A stretch of DNA of 63,165 bases, filler included, from Diploschistes diacapsis (GCA_023645945.1; 16 parts of 16 records of this genome joined end to end with filler, not necessarily neighbours in it); one strand, 5' to 3'. Shown: positions 37,901-47,889, counted from the first letter of the whole stretch. Numbers and translations are program-made. Notes: a model not told the origin generated them from the sequence alone.

Positions 37901-40662
37901 CTTTCGACAAAGCGACTATGAGTCTGTGCCTGGGAAAAATGACCGCTCGGATAGACCAAGAGATTTTACAAAAATTGGCGAGCTGTGCATCAAGCGACTT
38001 CGAGGCTGCTTGCGCACTCTGCACGATAATTCTCCCAATCATCAAACAATACCGCAATACATTCAGTACTTTGGTAAAGAAAAGACTTGCCAACCACAAG
38101 TCGCTATCTAGCCTTGCACGAGTCCTTGCCTCGTCATTCAATCGCTTACTCAAGCAGGGCTTTTGTTCTCCAAAGGAAGAATCTAACGAGGAGTCTCAAT
38201 CTGCAGAGGTGGAGGATGGGGTAGGGCTTGGTGAAGGTGAAGGTGTAGAAAACATTAGTAAAGACATTGGGGACGACGAAGATCTGTCGGAGCTTGCTCA
38301 AGAGCATAACCCCAGCGAGAATCGTAAGACAGACGATGCTCAGGATGAAGATGACGCCGTTGATATGCAAAATGAAGAGCTAGAGGGTGATGTGGCAGAT
38401 GCGACCGGGAATTCAGCGGACGAGAATGAGGAGCAAGACGAGGGCATGGAGGATGAGGGGGGGTCTGACGAGGTTGGCAGCGTAGATGACCTCGATCCTT
38501 CAGCTCTTGATGAGAAGCTTTGGAATAACAAGTCTGAAAAGGAGCAGCATGAGGACAAGGAAGGTGAGATTAAAGGGGAAAAGAATGGTGAAACCGGGGC
38601 GCAAAACCAGGAGGACAAACGCAGTCAAGCTGAGAGCGTTACTTCAGATGAGGATATGGATAGCGAGGAAGAACCAGATGAGGAAACGACCCACCAACTC
38701 GAGCTAGAACAACTGGACCCGCACATTAAGGAAGGAGAAAATCTGGACTTGCCAGAGGATATGGATGCGGATGGTGGAATATCACCGGTTTCCATGAACG
38801 ACGATGAAGAATTCAAGGACCTATCAGACATTGAAAGCGACGAAGAAGAAGCTCTTGAAGATGCGGACGTTGGCGACGGACGTGTAGAGATGGAAGATGT
38901 GGAAGAACCTACTTGCGAAGGCACCAAGGCGGACGAAGAAGATGTAGAGCGCGAAAGCAGGTCCGCCATGGAGAAGTTAGACTCCGATCTTGAAGATCTA
39001 CACGAAACTGAAGGTGAGGACTCACTCCAGCACTTAGATTCTATGGAAATGTCTCCTATAGAGGTATATCCGGACGAAGCGCAAGGTTCTGGGGCTCCAA
39101 ATTATGAAAGCGAATCTCTCGACCACATGAATACTACAGTTCAAAACCAAGAAGCTAATCAAAGCAATGGTCAAATGGGTAAGGGATCGCAAGGCAACGC
39201 GGACACGGAAGACTTTGAAGCTCAGGATAAGCCTAATGCATCAGATGTCTCGCAGACACAAAAGGAAGCTGTTCAAGATCCAGAGGATCTGCCCTTCCGG
39301 AAACTAGGAGACGCTCTCGAGAAATGGCACCGTACAAGTCAAGATGTACAGAACGGCAACCAAGAGCGAAAGGAAAATGCTCATGAAACTTCAGACAAAC
39401 AAATGAGCAAACAATTTGAGCATCTACGGAATGAAGACCAGAAGCCTGACGCACAAGCCCTTGGTGCCGCTTCTCAAGAAGATGCAAAAGCCCTGAACCA
39501 ACAGGAGATGCAAGCAGGAGAAGTAGACGATATGCCAGATTCATCACACTCAAGCCCCTTTTCAATCCTAGAGCCTGAAGACACTCTTATGAATGAAGAT
39601 GGAGTATTTGAAAATGAGCAATTTAATATCGCGCAAACAAATGCGTGGGACTCCAAAAGGGACACCAGATCATTGGATCGCCCTCAAAAAGCAGAACAGA
39701 CTGATGACAATGACCAAAATGAGAGCGTAGTGGACGAAATCGATAATGATCTTTCAATAGTCCAACTTAATCATGCTAACGAGCGCCAAAGGTCGCTTGA
39801 AGAAGCTCGCCGCCTTTGGTTTCACTACGAGAAGACAACGCGCGATTTAGCTATCTCTCTAACAGAACAACTACGTCTTATCTTGGCACCATCCCGAGCA
39901 ACGAAGATGCGTGGAGACTTTCGTACCGGGAAAAGGCTCAATGTCAAGCGCATCATACCTTACATTGCTTCGCAATACAAGCGTGATAAGATCTGGATGC
40001 GCCGCTCCATTCCATCCAAGCGCAACTATCAAGTAATGATTGCAGTCGATGACAGTAGGTCAATGGAGGAAAGTGGCAGTGGCAAGCTCGCATTCGAATC
40101 ACTTGCGCTCTTAAGTCGGAGCTTGAGTATGCTTGAAGTAGGACAAATATGCGTGGCCAGCTTTGGGGAAGTCTTTCGGGTTGCCCATCCGTTCGAACAG
40201 CAGTTCTCTAATGAGTCGGCTATCAGCGTGCTTCAGCACTTTGGATTTCGCCAGAGCAGAACAAACATTCGAAATCTCCTCTCAGCTTCTTTGGAGGTTT
40301 TCCGGCAAGCTCGCGCTAAGCAAGCAGCTTCCGGTACCGATTTGTGGCAGCTTCAGCTGATCATTAGCGATGGCGTTTGCGAGGATCACGACTTCATCAG
40401 GCAATTAGTGAGGCAGGCTCACGCAGAGCGAATCATGATTGTCTTTACTATTATCAATGCAGCCAGCGGACACTCCATTCTCGATATGACTCAGGCGTCG
40501 TTCGAGCCAGATAGAGATGGGGAGACCAAGCTCAAGATGAAGCGCTATCTGGATGGCTTTCCATTTTCATACTATCTGATTGTAAGGGATGTAAAAAGCC
40601 TGCCAAATGCCCTTTCGGCGGCTTTAAGACAATGGTTTGCCGAGATTTCTGATTTGGACTGA
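25927..40662 (+). CDS. MDN1: Midasin (Rea1) AAA+ ATPase, ~4911 aa
   Basis: Single ORF with six AAA modules (GLAGSGKT, GETGTGKT, GPTSSGKT, GGTGCGKT, GNPGVGKS, degenerate sixth), a linker, a D/E-rich tract and a C-terminal MIDAS (VDDSRSM, IISDG). The start ATG is a best guess. Confidence 0.97.
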   Translation: MAKCVWNNEGLDLGSETLAQLPKEVLETLQGGSNLQYLDALAELALEPGFTETVFVRYGPLFVDFCGRWLLKLKAGPSAALQIVFALSKVLLHAHHLSSVIEEIACHRRLGVFNTLKLSASSSAILDLPQSTLRDVLLIFVRLLQYDNKRFEDLLSPMQLLLLLNHETLCIRYLAAKAFCLLLHLTEKVLHSLIEQYVGSGPLEGKWEGKDIDYRFHDLWEAKRQRDLRNALSSFKEISRVANIGPCRIIQSTDLCPQTINFAGHLTLALSGTPILASSLVLTPTSSENLVRVAGAVCEAPAILVSGLAGSGKTTIIKEIARGLGQASRMLTLHLNEQTDAKLLVGFYTSSIESGSFKWQPGILTTAVTEGRWVLIEDLDRAPVEVVSTLLPLLDRQELMVSNLGGAVRASRGFKLIATVRSSLNTKSEELDPAANMIGYGRWKKVRLRPYSEIDLQQIIDGRFPLLGAYRSMFLNLYAELARMAPETAFARESSRVYGPQEILRYCRRVNELLRRTGITSREETVPELIQEEIYLEAIDCFSSAVPERCLKFQIAKILARELHVPETRMRFYLDHRKVSYRLEVKKLQIGRVILRRRHNPNLKSRSLTSGSSKNQKFAKTNHALRSMEAMAAAVRFKEPCLLVGETGTGKTTIIQELANSLGQRLVVVNLSQQSEAGDLLGGFKPVDIRTLATPIKDEFELLFDETFSFTKNQRYLKSFSRAFKKHEWSKVLTLWEEALRMINATFSSKPDRGDVANPQKKRKVESTKFQPIKARWVTLATQIDVFRKHLRSGSKGFAFSFIEGNVVKAVRNGYWVLLDEINLASPDILESLADLLTGDTDNIPSLLLSETGEVQRICAHPDFRIFGAMNPATDVGKKCLPPGLRSRFTEFFITSPEEDERSLLQIVQAYLGDLSIRDTHLSRDIAKLYLDIRNLENINQLVDGANQKPHFTLRTLTRTLTYASDITPIYGLHRALYEGFAMSFLTVLDRHSASIVASLIDKHLLATHPNIRALLHQVPRCPGSPETFIQFQHYWMSRGPFGLRTQPHYIRTPFVEANLLNLVRATSTRRYPILLQGPTSSGKTSMIEYLAGVSGNKFVRINNHEHTDLQEYLGTYVSTATGLHFQEGALVRALREGHWLVLDELNLAPTDILEALNRLLDDNRELFVPETQEIIRPHEDFMLFATQNPPGLYGGRKILSRAFRNRFLELHFDDIPEDELEEILQKRTQIAPSYCTRIVAVYKKLAILRQSNRLFEQKNSFATLRDLFRWAYRTADNVEQLAVNGFMLLAERVRDPQEREDVKKIIEEVMRCKLVESDIYDPAKLPKRTFSDDTPMARSIVMTRSMVRLFALVSRALENSEPVLLVGGTGCGKTSICQMVAEVFGTKLHILNAHQNTETGDLIGSQRPVRNRPHIQALLYDDLRVATSIIFSYPQGEMPGFGELAESYANLSTDVKQQLPSELRQRIDGNSARGDALFEWLDGSLVHAMKAGSHFLLDEISLADDSVLERLNSVLEPGRSLLLAEKDSLDSFIVAHKSFQFLATMNPGGDYGKKELSPALRNRFTEIWVPQPNGDEDVLQITRSKLDAQLLHLAEPLVSFSRWFETRYQEGEPSISLRQILTWIEFLNLSPEENVQSCIVNGAAMVYIDTLGANPSGKVGTSMNSISQERQASLERLGSLFTLDAAAIYFDKPELIVSSASLTIGSFSIPRHGEENKSINFNLQTPTTLNNAMRIVRALQFPNPILIEGNPGVGKSTLVGALGELANVHLTRINLSEQTDIMDLFGSDVPVEDGEAGQFQWRDAPFLQAMQCGNWVLLDEMNLASQSILEGLNACLDHRGEVYVPELDRSITRHSNFRLFAAQNPHSQGGGRKGLPASFVNRFTVVYADVLSEHDLLEISTKLYPDVSTESVLDIVRYISRLNEIANATLLSSVGAPWEFNLRDVLRWLDLLSSKGSLLAGTTPSDLEHFIVQNRFRSDEDIARVGHFDGFAASGPPKSHSYFKSTSPAHLQSGYGFLERHETSSVRPTKYFERDPRLVESILISVQKSWPCLLVDSSGAEASNILHDVAAMFGARISTMSLNSDTDTMDLVGGYEQVDHQRDAAKYVERLREALQDCIAQGILDHANMTDDAHHLQQLMTTPRANLEAIHEALKCHPGPSSNLFQSLAKQCSQVMQRNAKDSRSRFEWVDSVFIEALEQGRWLVLDNANLCSSSVLDRLNALLEPSGILSVNEHRYADGSPRIVVPHPNFRLFLIMDPRYGELSRAMRNRCVEVYVQSRQNSSLGSAHTLHLDSTLSRWYAVESVNWNVLSSDEAKSMARVCLEQLAIGDFDSIAAWREEVSRGLIVMSQEKLDLLLLNCRIFEQSVKSGSFQSVMYELYKSTLSEIYTKSSLHVIRAQPLNPLNNPPLISQLRKTNKLGRARWIADALDSRLIIIQIEIQLTVLGKLQHSHGQASLNRLERSLLFNQSGTYSKDSTRPLATFLQHNLALVDSWINETCATESWPTTFPKAIAPYLLDLFEMSQVVPFDEGRFQAYLDTGRALAQTLNSGQNTVELSKSLKRTFSMFDSSWKLTSGLSMTVLWHKMKPAVPSNRYSLKHLLDLEASADAFDRVAWKSSASLQSLIDLHHSFSSALQKCRDANEFVDKSDIVSDSQDIARVLDKEAADMHIDNSLDGPYFREQFESLRQYIWSSGSRITTEGLMVLDVLSGRKTKGFSCSLTAPPCNQFWNRLCSQTGIDTDGCQLSAFRGSLPSSIIRKLLHLSEVPLKSLQRLTEEITLFANRIAKATQAVVADQQLCLRELLSSLLIQVLEAHAELLTPGNLEQWAQYLRNPTKVARPIIRLANTSQATQEIQDGWATWFHQTVSQYFYPALDYLESIGNNNHQSSKSASHAWLNISLGCLKLYVPNAPTDPATKPLVEAERWSKRRRRLELHLAALETLEEHMSGTRTNLRVELVRQELDSMEQKPLVPAIVRPTISTLPQLQHEFNMILQVIMPSCETLLTHSYKDNLQDAELCERNIIQMLARLDGCYREYDDIVRPLVGILQGLSTAIALRFVERSSLESSSKLERPEAPAPALLGLNMQEAIAKVSKRSEADHPNCQDSRVMALQYVELEKCVCGDVDNDTTAIVTSQFRLIYNYWKAELQARQAREAADSSLYRYKGDNPSVAEMETELQSLFPNAFEKREDSKTSAGSLKLGNPQALAQSLAKVQRTIFMTNPQHSTAIVDYVKAVAGSIELASPEGHDFPLERATLLPVALLKTSEAIDYLGNACNKDIKAGFYHGNNTHEARKLLGLLCKLRLKFRSIQTTWPEHATLADVLLTIEELLDCKHTEPLAKIIAKTEKLHSFVHEWQQVASKDSSAQPLYEELTKLLISWRRLELSDWAKLLDVEDEKHAAEAESWWFIVFEAIFPSFLDALEVGSDMQPYIDSLVAEIHNFIKDAPIGQFQARLRLISAFEEHTKCLSQSSCKFQLVNSALANAVRYFARWIKQAKAQIERDREQLAKKMKEILLLASWKDTNVVSLRESARKSHYALLNIIRKYREVLARPTSEILQEPADFEPSGPICEIDERSYVCQEPDTVLIERCQRSFSTWHQQAPRLNDPVKTAAFMIQMSEFPRNELDSELCIDAFKQNLLVTIRGLQQETPKSLTPENKTHVKHLKTRKKTLLADTLKQLRQMGIRSNLDSETLARQATTDKILSCIPSFQELQSSADEFFGFLDHVSLVRQALKQKSHDLTPNEVARSCGFLDGLLYHLTTQRRGLGKAIAEIRACDKLLTSLSTLWCPSIYTVHQENSQANGSGHHLRRIRWLKAILEATFTVIEKLENMGGEDYASLKDNLRLRTDHIASLQKTMESFPTLISGLVTSAHEANALKIDKLCASIGEDVDRWSYEFPNAKFVLEHIEPWLHKNAHINQLRDLIPTQAPVNGEVSKMEGTERSNSTRVDERQIFDLVDRMLVGIQQLKKRYDELPLSSEESAWAVREEFAFDKATMSLCLGKMTARIDQEILQKLASCASSDFEAACALCTIILPIIKQYRNTFSTLVKKRLANHKSLSSLARVLASSFNRLLKQGFCSPKEESNEESQSAEVEDGVGLGEGEGVENISKDIGDDEDLSELAQEHNPSENRKTDDAQDEDDAVDMQNEELEGDVADATGNSADENEEQDEGMEDEGGSDEVGSVDDLDPSALDEKLWNNKSEKEQHEDKEGEIKGEKNGETGAQNQEDKRSQAESVTSDEDMDSEEEPDEETTHQLELEQLDPHIKEGENLDLPEDMDADGGISPVSMNDDEEFKDLSDIESDEEEALEDADVGDGRVEMEDVEEPTCEGTKADEEDVERESRSAMEKLDSDLEDLHETEGEDSLQHLDSMEMSPIEVYPDEAQGSGAPNYESESLDHMNTTVQNQEANQSNGQMGKGSQGNADTEDFEAQDKPNASDVSQTQKEAVQDPEDLPFRKLGDALEKWHRTSQDVQNGNQERKENAHETSDKQMSKQFEHLRNEDQKPDAQALGAASQEDAKALNQQEMQAGEVDDMPDSSHSSPFSILEPEDTLMNEDGVFENEQFNIAQTNAWDSKRDTRSLDRPQKAEQTDDNDQNESVVDEIDNDLSIVQLNHANERQRSLEEARRLWFHYEKTTRDLAISLTEQLRLILAPSRATKMRGDFRTGKRLNVKRIIPYIASQYKRDKIWMRRSIPSKRNYQVMIAVDDSRSMEESGSGKLAFESLALLSRSLSMLEVGQICVASFGEVFRVAHPFEQQFSNESAISVLQHFGFRQSRTNIRNLLSASLEVFRQARAKQAASGTDLWQLQLIISDGVCEDHDFIRQLVRQAHAERIMIVFTIINAASGHSILDMTQASFEPDRDGETKLKMKRYLDGFPFSYYLIVRDVKSLPNALSAALRQWFAEISDLD

Positions 40663-41079
40663 AGAAGGTCAAGCACTACCCAGCTAGGAGAGCTCTTTAC
40701 AAATTTGAAGAACCTATGATGATACTAGACACTCCACAATAAGTGTTCACTTCTCTTTCGTCTCTCTCGTATCATAGTCTCAGAGATATACAATATCATT
40801 GCAGTTAGGTCATAGCGTATTTTCCACCGTGTGCATTCACTATGGGTCAACCACCAGCCAAACAAACTTATTTTGATTACTCTAAGTTGAACACTCTTTA
40901 GAACCATACCAGAAACATGTACATCCCCCTCATTGTCACCACGATTGCTTGCTTCAAGTCTGTCATGGTATTCGCAATGCGGAGAGGTGACATGGCCTTG
41001 TGATGGATTGAAGAATTCCATACCTAGACGCACGTCTAAGGACTTGCTTCTTGCTTCGATCGAATTCTAATGGTTGCGT

Positions 41080-43823
41080 ATGGCCTATAGTTCAATTGTC
41101 GAAAGGTTCAAGAGATCTTTCAGATACAGCTTGGTACGAGCATATGAACAAAGTCCTTCGACGGATTCCGATGTACATGGCGAGTGTGCTGAAATATCCG
41201 AGCCATCTGATACCGAAGCGCTTCACCACAACATCATAATGCTGTTTGGGGAAACACCGAAACCGTCTGTGCAGCAGATCTCACCATCGTTCTCAATCAA
41301 TAACCATCTTTCTGCTGCAGGCAGTATACTGAATGGCCACGGTCTTGACCTATCTTTAGGTGGACACGATAAGCAAGCAGAAAACTCACATTCTCCCTAT
41401 ATGTTACCGTCCACTCCACAGACATTGATGCTTCCCTATAAGCATACAACTATGCCACCCTCTATGGCTCCGCAAAACGCGTCCCCTAATTACTACCAGG
41501 CAAGAGGCGCAGACCGCATGCCGAATGTCTCGAGCACATCAACTCTTAGTAACGAGATATGCTATCCCGGTGCTTGGAACAACTGCGGCCTTCCATCGGA
41601 CGAACAGGAATCTTCAAGAGCATTAGGATATAGCAGTCAAGGGAGAGGACCCACGTCTTCACTGCATCACAGAGGCGCATCTATCCTTCCGCACCCTCGG
41701 TTCCCAAGCACACCTCAGGCTCAAAGTATCAAAGAGATGCCTTCATACAGCAGTTCGCATCCGTCACCCCGTCGTTATAGTGGTGTTAATCATTCTTTCG
41801 ACCCTCACAATACATTTACAGCATCGTTTGGACTTCCAGGAACGGCATTGGTGGGTGGACATGGTATATCTCCAAATCACAGTGCAGGACAGAACAACAC
41901 TCAACTCCAAGGAAGTTCCTGTACAGGGCAAAATATCAGTACCCAACACCAACAGAACTCTACTTGTGTCCCTAGAAACTTCGACCCTATGGGCTGGGAA
42001 CATACACATCTTCCTACCACTGCCGATGTGCATGGTAATTATTTTGGCTCGCATACGAATGATGCTGCGAACGACAGTCCAGCAGAGTACTTTTGGCAGA
42101 ACGCCAAAGTCCCCACTCATGCTGCTCAAAGTGCTACAAGAACGTCTCGTCCGTTTCGCTCAAACAGCAGCCTTTGTGCATACGGAAGTAATCTGCCTCT
42201 CATGATACAGGGCAATCTACATCAACTGGGTCATTATCCACTACCTATCAGCAACGTTTCAGGCATGAATGCTGTTGCTCATATGAGTGAGATTACCTCA
42301 TCTTCAAGCTCGTCCCCAAGCCTCAACATGCCGCCATCTAATAATGAACAAGATCAACCAGATCACGGGATTAGAGTAACTCTCACCACAACTGCCTCCC
42401 CACAAACAGTTGGACAGCCTTCAGAGACTTCCCTTCATGTCTCCCCAACACCCTTCGCATTCGTATTCGACGCTGGTGTTCAGTCAAACAACTCTTTTCA
42501 AAGACCAAATGTCCCACGTAACCTCAATATGCCCCATAGGGCTGTACAGAAAGGTAATCTTGTTTTAATGTCAGATGCATCACGCAACGCCACCGCGTCT
42601 CCAGAGTTTCGCCCAGAGGATATTTACCGTGGGCCAGCAGTGACTGAGGATACTACGTATACCAGCGCATACCTGAAGCACAAGGAGCAGAACGCGATGA
42701 AAGACTCAATCCAAAAAGCAAAAACATTGCACAACGAGCCTGCAAAAGAAGCTAGCAAAGAAGAAGCCCACTGTCTCCGAATATTACAGCGGCAGCAACA
42801 ACACGCGGAGAGAATAAAGCGGATTCGAGGCACCCAGATCCACTCGGTGCAGCAACAGCAGCTGCAACTGCGTCAGCAGAATGGCTCTCAGGCAGCTTCT
42901 GGCCCGCAGAGCGTCGCTTCGAGCCCATATAGTGATCACGACCTCGTTAAGCAGCGTATGCGTGGACTGCAACCTACTATCTTAGTTGGTACTAAAAGAA
43001 ATCATGGTGCCATCGATCCCCACCGACATCAAAGACAGTCCGCCCCTTTGCACAACTCATTAGCCGGTGCGAAACCCGAGAATATGTCTCGTGTCAACCG
43101 TAGGTCAACGGACGGCGATCCTACCAGCTTAGGAGAGACTCTTTATCAAGCAAATGTTCTACTGGAATCGCAAGGTATAAAATATTCCATCGGGTGCCAG
43201 TATGATCGCTAATCATGAGAGCAGCTCACTATAGCTCGGACACAAGGGCCGCGAACGCCCCTTTCAGCCAGGATGTCCAAGAACAGACGAACCCCATTGC
43301 AAGATTTGAGTCAGAGACCTCTCATACTAGCTCAGCGCAATCAATACAAGTATACATGAGATACAAAACATCTCAAGAGGCCTGGGAACAAGTGGCTATT
43401 TCTAATTCAGATGGAGAATCAGCCAATCCATTCGAAGTGTCTTTTGCCACACATCTGACCGCTCTAGAGGAACCCGGAACTAGGTCTAATGCATATTTAG
43501 CAAGCGCTAGAATTCCAAATGCCGTAAGTACAACCAGAGTACATGGGGTGGCTGTTCTAGCAGAGGAAAGAGCAGATTGGATCGATTTCTTGTCAATTGC
43601 CAGAAGAGCTCAGGCCGGCGTTGTAGAAAAAAGGAGGGAATTTAGGAAGTTGCAGATGAAGGTGGCAAATAAGACTACTGACGTTGCTGGAGCTACAGAG
43701 TCTCGAAAAAGTCGCTATGAGCCTAAGATCCACCCAGATGGCAATTCGTACTACCACTTTGTGAAGCAGCCTGGAGATGGGGACAATTGCATTTTCCATA
43801 CCGGCCACGCCGGCTGCAGGTAG
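41080..43823 (+). CDS. Orphan low-complexity (S/P/Q/N-rich) protein, ~900 aa
   Basis: ORFs 41074-43212 and 43215-43823 join in frame through a 50-nt intron, 43175-43224 (GTATAA..GCTAAT..CAG). No recognisable domain. Confidence 0.65.
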
Positions 43824-44184
43824 ATGCTCATGGCACAATTGAATCTTCTGAAGGTTCGCACTGCTTGCACTAGATTAGATGTTGATGTTGGCGTTCATCT
43901 CATTCTCAATGAAAGATGAAGCGGACATTCATCGACTGGATACTCATGAATATCCGAGATGTACTATTACATAAAAACTAGAATCAAGTGAATGAGAAAT
44001 CACAGTCACTCGTGCCATTATGTAATCTGTGCTATCGAAGTAAGTGAATCTTTATCGCACATCCCAGCCTATTCTTATGATATTATAAGGTGCAACTGTT
44101 GCCAATCATGGACTGCAATCACGTGACAGAGACGGGGTTTAGGGCTCGCTTATTTTTGCATTATTAAACTCAAGCCTGAACCTA

Positions 44185-44386
44185 ACGTGTTCCACCACAT
44201 AACGGAACACACCACAAAGCGGAACACTACATTATAATGTAATTGCGCTAGATCGAGCGCTTCCATATTTGTACGAAGCTAAATCTGTTCTCAACTACAA
44301 CTACCCCATTCTTCGGCCTTTTTTTTGATTACATTATAATGTAGTGTTCCACTTTGTGGTGTGTTCCGTTGTGTGGTGGAACACGT
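44185..44386. mobile_element. Complete 202-bp Fot1-type MITE
   Basis: ~59-bp TIRs beginning ACGTGTTCCACCAC with two mismatches, and TA on both flanks. Confidence 0.92.
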
Positions 44387-44503
44387 TATAGTACGTTACA
44401 AAAGTCAATAGAATTGTCTTGGCGTCTTGTATTTTTTTCGGAAATAATAGTTAATTTTTTTATTAACTTTAAAGCATTTTCTAAACGTTTAAAGTTTTAT
44501 TTT

Positions 44504-44871
44504 TGAAACGCCAGCGCAGGAAAGGATGCTACTCTACCGGGGGCTGGGCCTGATCCGGAAGGATTAGATGTAGCTTAGGTATCTATAGGTTAAAGGTCTC
44601 GATTCGAAAAGCTGAAGAAGAAACTATCTAAGTAGGAAAAAGGTACCGTTAAATAATATGAATGTTAGAGCTATTAGGGTTCGAGGATTACCCGTCTACA
44701 CAGCCATCCCCTGACCCTGCCGTGTCTTGGCAAGCACCTGGGCATTGACCCTGCCGTATCTTGGCAAGCACCTGGGCATTGACCCTGCCGTGGCTTGGCA
44801 GGGACCTGGGCATTGACCTTGCCGTGGCTTGGCAGGCCCAGCTTGGCAGGCCCCTGGGCTGGGCTGTCTCA
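44504..44871. mobile_element. Solo LTR, family B
   Basis: TGAAAC...GTCTCA flanked by a 5-bp target duplication ATTTT. The least mutated copy of the family. Confidence 0.9.
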
Positions 44872-44918
44872 ATTTTGTGTTTTTTATTATAATTGTTAAC
44901 GCGGATCTGGTCTATTAC

Positions 44919-45456
44919 TATTACGATTCAGGGTACCAAATAATCACCTGGCACGTCACAGCTAGTCGGGCACTTCCCAACCATTACTTGTATATAGCCA
45001 ATCACGGACGCTAGGTCACGTGACTGATAGATATCCAGCGATAGATATTTGTTGAAAATAGATTTGTTTAAATAGTTATCTGTTAATGATAGTTTTGTCG
45101 TAATAGCTTTATTGTCGGTAACTAGTTATCGTTTTAGATTATATAAAAACGCGTTATGGCTCCTATAAGTCGGGATATGTTTATTTTTATAAATATCTTT
45201 AACGATTGTTCAAGATTAATTTATATTCGTTATTTTTTATTATTAGAAAGTAATCTTTTTAAAAATTAGTATAGATTTATAACCGATTTATTTCTTTTTT
45301 TTTTATATTTTTCTTATATTAGAGACTAAATTTATTTTAATTAATATCTCGTGTTTACGTTATAGAAATAGAAATTATAATATTTAAACATCTTTTAAAA
45401 TGAATATAATAAAAAATATAATCGGGCGATCGTTAAAAGCTAGATCCGTATTATTT
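44919..45456 (+). mobile_element. Family A 5' LTR (44919-45382) plus leader
   Basis: Homologous to 11640-12170, including the sequence downstream of the LTR. Confidence 0.8.
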
Positions 45457-45556
45457 NNNNNNNNNNNNNNNNNNNNNNNNNNNNNNNNNNNNNNNNNNNN
45501 TTAATTAATTAANNNNNNNNNNNNNNNNNNNNNNNNNNNNNNNNNNNNNNNNNNNN

Positions 45557-47316
45557 TTTATTACGCAACCTTGTTTGAAAGGAGACGTCCGAATATCGAA
45601 ACCCGAATTATTTCACGGAATTATATTTATTAAACATGTCCGTAGAACAGTATTATTTTGATACGCGAGTATTTAAGTAAATCACCAAGCCTTGGACATT
45701 ACCGGTGCCGGTACGTGAGAGTAACTGTCGGTTGCGCATAAGGACCTTATACCTAAATTTTCGTTACTATCAAATCTTTATAATATGTATAGAAGCGTGC
45801 CGTACTCCTTTAAAGCAGCGATTTAGGTTATTAGATTTAAAACTATCTCTAACGCGCTAATAAAAAGGAAAAGATGGACGGATCCTTTAATTATAAAAGA
45901 ATAAATAAAGATTTTTCGACCGAAAATTAGGAATATTTATTTTCAAGAATGGATTACGAAGGTAATTTTAGTACTAAAATAACATTTCCTAGCTATTAAA
46001 TTAGCAGAATATAGCCTGTACAATCCTATTAGAAAGAACTTCTTTGGAATAATAAGGAACGAAGGAGTGGGTTACTAAAAAATGAAGAAATTTGCGCCTC
46101 TTCCTGACGAGAATAAGGAGAAAAACGAAAACGAGGACGATAACGATAAAGATAATTTTACGAATAATTTGGATTTAAATATAAAAGAAATAGAAGTACT
46201 GCGAGTAAAAAAGGATAAATAGGAGGAGAGGTTTACGGATATTAGCGGTACTACCTTTCTAGGGAAGGAAGTTAACAGCTTAAAAAGGGACGAAGCAGTT
46301 CCGGTTAAGGGCTATATGATTAGGAATCGGGTATAAGCGTTAGCATCATAGGGCCCTAAGGGCTTATAATAGGATAAAATACTGCTTACTTGCTTGCGTA
46401 ATTGTTTATTTATTTGTTAATTTTATAGTATATATACTTATCTGTCTGTTTACTTGGTGCTGTCTTACTGATAGATTTTTTATGTGATTGATTTTCCTGT
46501 TTGGTGTTTTTTTGCTTGTTTGTGGTTTATGTGTTGATTATCTGTCTGTTTGCTTGGTGCTGTCTTATTGATAGATTTTTTATGTGATTGATTTTCTTGC
46601 TTGGTGCTTTCTTACTTGTTTGTGGTTTGTGTATTGATTTGTTTATCTGTTTGTTTGTTTGTTGCTGCCTGCTCGAGAAGTGTGGCGAGGGAGGAAATGG
46701 AAGTGAAGAACGGGAAGGACGTATTGTTGGTTATACCTGCCTAACGAAATAATAACGGATAATATAAATATTATAAAGGATAGGGATGTTTTTAGAAGGG
46801 TATTTACGGATAATATAAATACGATAGAAATTAGGGATATTTTTAAATAATTATCGTTTTTCTATCCTGCCGTATTCGAGAGAGTAAAATGTAAAAGAAT
46901 AGATTTAAGAGTATAATTACGTCGAGAAGGAAGTATTAAGGATAATAAGTTATTCGGTATTTCGGTTATTTAAAAGATATAAAGCTATATTAAGATATAA
47001 ATAACGAAATGGAGATTTTTTATTAAAAAGATTTATATAAAGTTCGTTATAAGATAGCGAACTATTAAAAAGGGGGTCGTATATAAATATAAAAATAGGC
47101 CGTAGATTTGATAAGGGTGGTCCTTATAAGGCAGCTCCATTTAAGGAGGCCTGCTAGGTAGCTCTAAATAATCAATACATCCTATATCTCACAAATGTCC
47201 TACCTAGGTATGCTGTTGACTACGAGATCATACTACATTCCTTTACTACACCATCTACGACTACCTACCTACTACAGCGAGGGAAGTCTCCCTAGACAGC
47301 GCGCCTTGTGTTTATA
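45557..47316 (+). mobile_element. 3' region and 3' LTR (family C, 47082-47316) of an LTR element
   Basis: Purine tract AAAAAGGGGG precedes a 235-bp LTR homologous to 49092-49326. Assigning the whole upstream part to this element is inference. Confidence 0.6.
46439..46650. repeat. Two-copy tandem repeat, 100-bp period, TG-rich
   Basis: TCTGTCTGTTT.CTTGGTGCTGTCTTA.TGATAGATTTTTTATGTGATTG recurs at 46441 and 46541. Confidence 0.85.
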
Positions 47317-47889
47317 TTATCAGAAACATCGAGATGATTCAGCGTGGTTCAGCTGATTCTCGATAATGGATAAGGTCGAAAGGATCTAACAGCAAAGGTA
47401 GCGATTTTACCAGGTTTCGAGGATTAATAAAAGATTCGACTAGGTTTAATAAAAAAAGATAGCGGTTCTAATTGCTATCGAAAATTAACGAGGTGATCGA
47501 TAAGATTTAACGTAAGTTCAGTTAAACTTCGATTCTGGTCGGAAAGGAGGAGAAGGAATCGCTTTTCGTTAATCTGATAAATGATGAATCCGGGAGCTAA
47601 ATATTTCTTATTTAGGCCTATCCTTGGCCAGCGTAATAAGGTCCCGCGATCTTTTATAATAGTATATTTTTTACTTTTGAATCTGCTCATTCTAGGGTTT
47701 TATAATTTAGATCCTAGGATTTCGGATTTTTTCGATTTAGATTATTAAAGCTAACGTAATCGGTCCCGCGTTCGTAACCGTTTTAATTACCGGGAAGATT
47801 TATCTTTAATATATAATTACACGAAATGGTTAAGTAGAATAAATATAAAACCCGAGCTCATAATCTATTTAACAACGTAATAGATATAT

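Noticed and set aside
26676..40360. Many short ORFs nested in MDN1
   Set aside because: Antisense or alternate-frame noise with no motifs.
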